DNA of 39,514 bases from Chiloscyllium plagiosum. Lineage: Eukaryota. Below, in pieces: positions 35,309 to 39,514 of the stretch (position 1 is the stretch's first letter; every line of letters begins with the position of its first letter). The position numbers were made by a program, and so were the translations under genes. Location of the stretch: contig NC_057718.1 in NCBI RefSeq assembly GCF_004010195.1, positions 50,683,894 through 50,723,407 of the forward strand. The letters run 5' to 3'. The notes under the pieces are model-generated. The model was given only the letters and a program-made list of their open reading frames with translations. It made no database searches and had not been told where the DNA came from.

Positions 35309-36450
35309 ATCTAAATGATTTGGATGTGAACATAAGAGATATAGTTAGTAAGTTTGCAGATGACACCAAAATTGGAGGTGCAGTGTACAGCGAAGAAGGT
35401 TACCTCAGATTACAACAGCATCTTGATCAGATGGGCCAATGAGCTGAGAAGCGGCAGATGGAGTTTAATTCAGATAAATGCAAGGTGCTGCATTTGGGGA
35501 AAGCAAATCTTAGAAGGACTTACACACTTAATGGTAAGATCCTAGGGAGTGTTGCTGAACAAAGAGACCTTGGAGTGCAGGTTCATAGCTCCTTGAAAGT
35601 GAAGTCGCAGGTAGCTAGGATAGTGAAGAAGGCAGTTGGTACGCTTTCCTTTATTGGTCAGAGTATTTAGTACAGAAATTGTGAGGTCATGTTGCGGCTG
35701 TACAGGACATTGGTTAGGCCACTGTTGGAATATTGCATGCAATTCTGGTCTCCTTCCTATTGGAAAGATGTTGTTAAACTTGAAAGGGTTCAGAAAAGAT
35801 TTACAAGGATGTTGCCAGGGTTGGAGGATTTGAGCTATCAGGAGAGGTTGACTAGGCTGGGGCTGTTTTTCCTGGAGCGTCGGAGGCTGAGGGGTAACCT
35901 TCGAGAGATTTTGTAAAATCATGAGGGGCATGGATAGGATAAACAGACAAAGTCCCCTGGGGTGGGGGAGTCCAGAATTTGATGACATAAGTTTAGGGTG
36001 AGAGGGGGAAGATATAAAAGAGATCCAAGGGGCAACATTTTCATGCAGGGTGTGGTACTTGCATGGAATGAGCTGCCAGAGGAAATGGTGAAGACTAGTA
36101 CAATTGCAACATTTAAAAGTTAAAAATCACACAACACCAGATTATAGTCCAACAGGTTTATTTGGAAGCACTAGCTTTCGGAGAGCTCTGAAAACTAGTG
36201 CTTCCAAATAAACCTGTTGGACTATAATCTGGTGTTGTATGATTTTTAACTTTGTACACCCCAGTCCAACACTGGCATCTCCAAATTATAACATTTAAAA
36301 GGCATCTGGATGGGTATATGAATATGAAGGGTTTGGAGGGATATGGACCGGGTGCTGGCAGGTGGAACTACATTGGGTTGACATATCTGGTTGGTTTGGA
36401 CCAAAGGGTCTGTTTCTGTGCTGCACTTCGCTAAGACTCTATGACTCTAA
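35309..36450 (+). mobile_element. CR1 LINE 3' part, same family as 33575-35308 and head-to-head with it; carries a PLE insertion
   Basis: YLNDLDVNIRDIVSKFADDTKIGG, LYRTLVRPLLEYCMQFWSP; tail GACTCTATGACTCTA at ~36435-36449. Confidence 0.92.
36120..36289 (+). mobile_element. Short fold-back Penelope family B pLTR element
   Basis: TSD AACATTTAAAAG at 36108-36119 and 36290-36301; ~65-bp inverted arms centred at ~36185; tail GTACACCCCAGTCCAACACTGGCATCTCCAAAT nearly identical to 29713-29745. Confidence 0.92.
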
Positions 36451-38568
36451 CAAAGGTGAACTAAAGAGTTAATAAAGACAATAAAAATAAACCACCAGAG
36501 CAAGTACAAAATATAAAATATATAAACTGACAAGAGCTATATTAAAAATATGAAGAGGAAGAGAGAGGGCAAAGTGAATGTAGGCCCCTTAGAAAATTAA
36601 TTTGAGGAGATAGTTACAGGGAACAAGGAGATAGCAGAGGGATTCAATGGATAGTTTCTATCAGTTTTTTAAATGGCGATAATACTTGTGACATCGCAAT
36701 GATACTGAAGACTATTGGTGAGGAATTGAGCGCAAACACCATCATTACAGAAGTAATATTAGACAAATTAAGGAGGCTAAAAGCATTGAAGTACCCTAGT
36801 CCTGATGGTTCTTAGATTCCCTACAGTGTGGAAACATGCCCTTTAGCCCAACAAGTCCACACCGACCCTCCGAAGAGCAACCCACCCAGACCCATTCCCT
36901 ACATTTACCCCTTCACCTAACACTACGGGCAATTTCGCATGGCCAATTCACCTAACCTGCACACTTTTGGACTGGGGGAGGAAATCGAAGCACCCAGAGG
37001 AAACCCACGCAGACACGGGGAGAATGTGCAAACTCCACGCAGGCAGCTGCCCGAGACGGGAATTGAACCCAGGTCCCTGGCGCTGTGAGGCAACAGTGCT
37101 AACCACTGAGCCACCATGCTGTCCCCCATCTTAGGATCCAAAAAGAAGAAACTACAGAGACAATGGATGCGTTGGTTGTAATTTTCCAAAGTTCATCAAA
37201 TCCGGAGAAGTATTGGAAAACTGCAAATGCGATACTCATGTTCAGAAAGGGTGGGGAACAAAAAGTGGGTAACTATAGGGTAGTCAGACTGATTAGCCTG
37301 ACATCTATTGCTGGGAAAATGTTGGAATCATTTACTAAGAAAGTAACAACAGCACATTTTGAAAATTATCATCTAATTAAGCAGAGTCAGCATAGCTTCA
37401 TTAGAGGGAAATTGTATCTGACTACTTTATTCATTTTTAAGTAAGTCTCAACTCGAGTAGATCAAGGGTAACCAGTAGATAAATTGCATTTGGACTTCCA
37501 GACAAATTTGATGAGGTACCGCAGGAAAGGTAAGATATATGGTCAGACCCTATGGCCAGACCCTATGGTGTGGCGGTAGTATATTGATGTGGATACAGAA
37601 TTGGCTTATGAGCAGGAAGCAGTGAGTCTTTTTCTCGGATTAGTGACCTCTGATCAGTGGGGTTCCACAGAGATCAGAGCTGGGATCACAACTGTTTACA
37701 ATATATAAATGACTTGGAGGAAGAAAGTGAATGCATTGTAGTAAAATTTGCAGATTGTGAGAGGGATGCAAACAACTTACAAAGAGATATTGATAGATGA
37801 AATGAATGGGCAAAAAAAGTTGGCAAATATAGTGAAATGTTAAAAAATGTGAAGTTGTTCATTTTGAAAGGGGGATCAAAAAACAGAGTACTATTTAAAT
37901 GCATAAAATCTACTGAAATCTGCAACACAAAGGGACTTGGGGATATTTGTGCATGAAACACAGAAAGGTAGTGTATAGGTGCAGTAGAAAATGTTGTCCC
38001 TATTTCAATAGTGTTGAAGTATAAGAGTAGAGAACTGTACAAGGTGCTGCTGAAACCATATCTGTGAGCAGTTTTGGTCCCTTTATTTGGGGAAAGATAT
38101 TATTTTCTTGCAGGTAGGCCAGAGAAGCTTCCCTGGTATGGAGTGATTGTTTTATGGCTAAACACTTGACATGTCAAAATTTAGAAGATTGAGGGGTGAT
38201 CTCATTGAGACATAGAGGATTCTTAAGGGTAAATGCTAAGAGGATGTTTCAGCTCCTGGGAGAGTCGAGAACCAGAGGGCATAATCTCAGAATTAAGGGG
38301 TGAAAACTCAAGACGAAGATGAAGAGGAATTTCTTCTCTCAAAGAGTTGTGAATCTTTGGAACCCCTTGCCTCGGAGAGCTATTGTGGATCAGTCTTTGT
38401 GTATATTTAAGACTGATATAAATAAATTATTGATCAGTCAGGGAATTAAGGGTTATGGAGAAAAGGCAGGAGTGTGGACATGAGGAACATCAGATCAGCA
38501 ATGATCCCATTGAATGGTGGAGCAGGTTTGAGGGGCCAAACAGCCAGCCTATTTCATATGGTCTTATG
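36451..38568 (+). mobile_element. Older decayed CR1 LINE (ORF2 middle to 3' end), interrupted by an HE1 SINE
   Basis: DALVVIFQSS...WKTANAILMFRKG..KVGNYR...SLTSIAGKMLE (37163..37444); LFTIYINDLEE (~37692); RGDLIETLike segment at ~38190; tail CCTATTTCATATGGTCTTATG. Confidence 0.85.
36812..37125 (-). mobile_element. HE1-type V-SINE, full length
   Basis: Minus strand: ATGGTGGCTCAGTGGTTAGCACTGTTGCCTCACAGCGCCAGGGACCTGGGTTCAATTCCC...GGAGTTTGCACATTCTCCCCGTGTCTGCGTGGGTTTCC...GTTTCCACACTGTAGGGAATCTAA. Confidence 0.93.
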
Positions 38569-38569
38569 G

Positions 38570-39514
38570 AGTGGAAGACATTTGTTTGAAACAGTGCAGA
38601 TGGACATATCAGGGCCCGGCCAGGTCTGTCAATCAAAAGTTGGCGTGGAGGTAGAGCTGAAGAGTCAGACATCGCACAGAGCCGTGGTAATAGGGGACTC
38701 CATAGTGAGAGGAACTGACCGGGGTTTTTGTGGCAGCAGGCAGGACTTAAGGATGGTGTATTGCCTTCCTGGTGCCAGTGTTAAAGACATCACAGACAGA
38801 GTGCAGGAAATCCTCAAGGACGAAGGTGAAGAGCCAAAGGTGGTGGTACATGTCGGCACAAATGACGTCGGGAAGAAGAGGAGGAACATACTACAGCGGG
38901 ACTTCGGAGAACTAGGAAGGTTGAAAAGCAGGACATCCAGGGTGGTTATCTCCAGTTTGCTTCCAGTTCCTCGGGCTGGTGAGGCCAGAAACAGGAAGAT
39001 AATGGACTTGAATGTGGGGCTGGGGAATTGGTGCAGGAAGCAAGGATTTAAATTCTTGGATCACTGGGGTATGTTTTGTGGTAAGCATAAATTATACAAG
39101 AGAGACAGTTTGCACCTTACTACATTGGAGACCAGCATTCTGGCAGGCAGGTTTGCTACTGCAACACAGCTACGTTTAAACTAAGTAGCCGGGGGGAGGG
39201 GACAAACTGGATGTTTAAGAAGGGAAAGTTAGAACAAGGGAAGTCAAGAAAGACAACTGTATCAATGAAGCAGAAAACTCAAAAAGGGATCATGCTGTAA
39301 GGTTGACTGAAATAGGGGTTGATGGGAAGGGTGAGGGCAGTAACAAATTAAAAGTACTATATATGAATGCACAAAGCATTAGAAATAAGATGGATGAGCT
39401 TGAGGCTCTTTTGGAAATTGGCAGATACGATATTGTGGGGATAACTGAGACGTGGCTTCAAGTGGACAGGGCCTGGGAAGTGAATATTCAAGGCTACACG
39501 TGCTATCATAAGGA
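38570..39514 (+). mobile_element. CR1 LINE: ORF1 SGNH-esterase domain and start of ORF2 APE endonuclease (runs off the window)
   Basis: VVIGDSIVRG, VYCLPGA, VVVHVGTND, DSLHL (SGNH blocks; stop at 39184); KVLYMNAQSIRNKMDEL...YDIVGITETWL...IQGY from ~39350. Confidence 0.93.

Noticed and set aside
38474..39184. 236-aa ORF with GDS/GxND/DxxH blocks as a host esterase gene
   Set aside because: It sits directly upstream of a CR1 endonuclease, so it is CR1 ORF1; its N-terminal part is read-through from the previous CR1's 3' UTR
1..39514. CRISPR array or prokaryotic operon/defence system
   Set aside because: No regularly spaced repeats and no operon structure; all RT and nuclease ORFs are eukaryotic retrotransposon remnants

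Overview
Eukaryotic, very repeat-dense window, most likely intronic or intergenic DNA from a cartilaginous fish (shark). This is inferred from HE1-type V-SINEs and shark-style CR1 and Penelope families. I find no supportable host exon. Most of the sequence is nested retroelements: many CR1 LINE fragments (two with an SGNH-esterase ORF1), a decayed CR1/L2-group LINE, an apparently full-length but disrupted L1-clade element (~4394-10505, minus), two Rex1/Babar copies, RTE remnants, several tRNA-derived SINEs and two assembly gaps. The most interesting structure is a set of Penelope-like elements (PLEs) from two families (called A and B here) whose pseudo-LTRs carry minimal type-I hammerhead ribozyme motifs (CTGANGA-stem II-GAAA-NUH). 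They include a 4.3-kb head-to-head composite inside one 17-bp TSD, three short TSD-flanked fold-back palindromes, an 87-bp solo insertion starting at the hammerhead core, and a direct-repeat mini-element. The truncation or inversion breakpoints of the short elements cluster at the hammerhead core and stem II.
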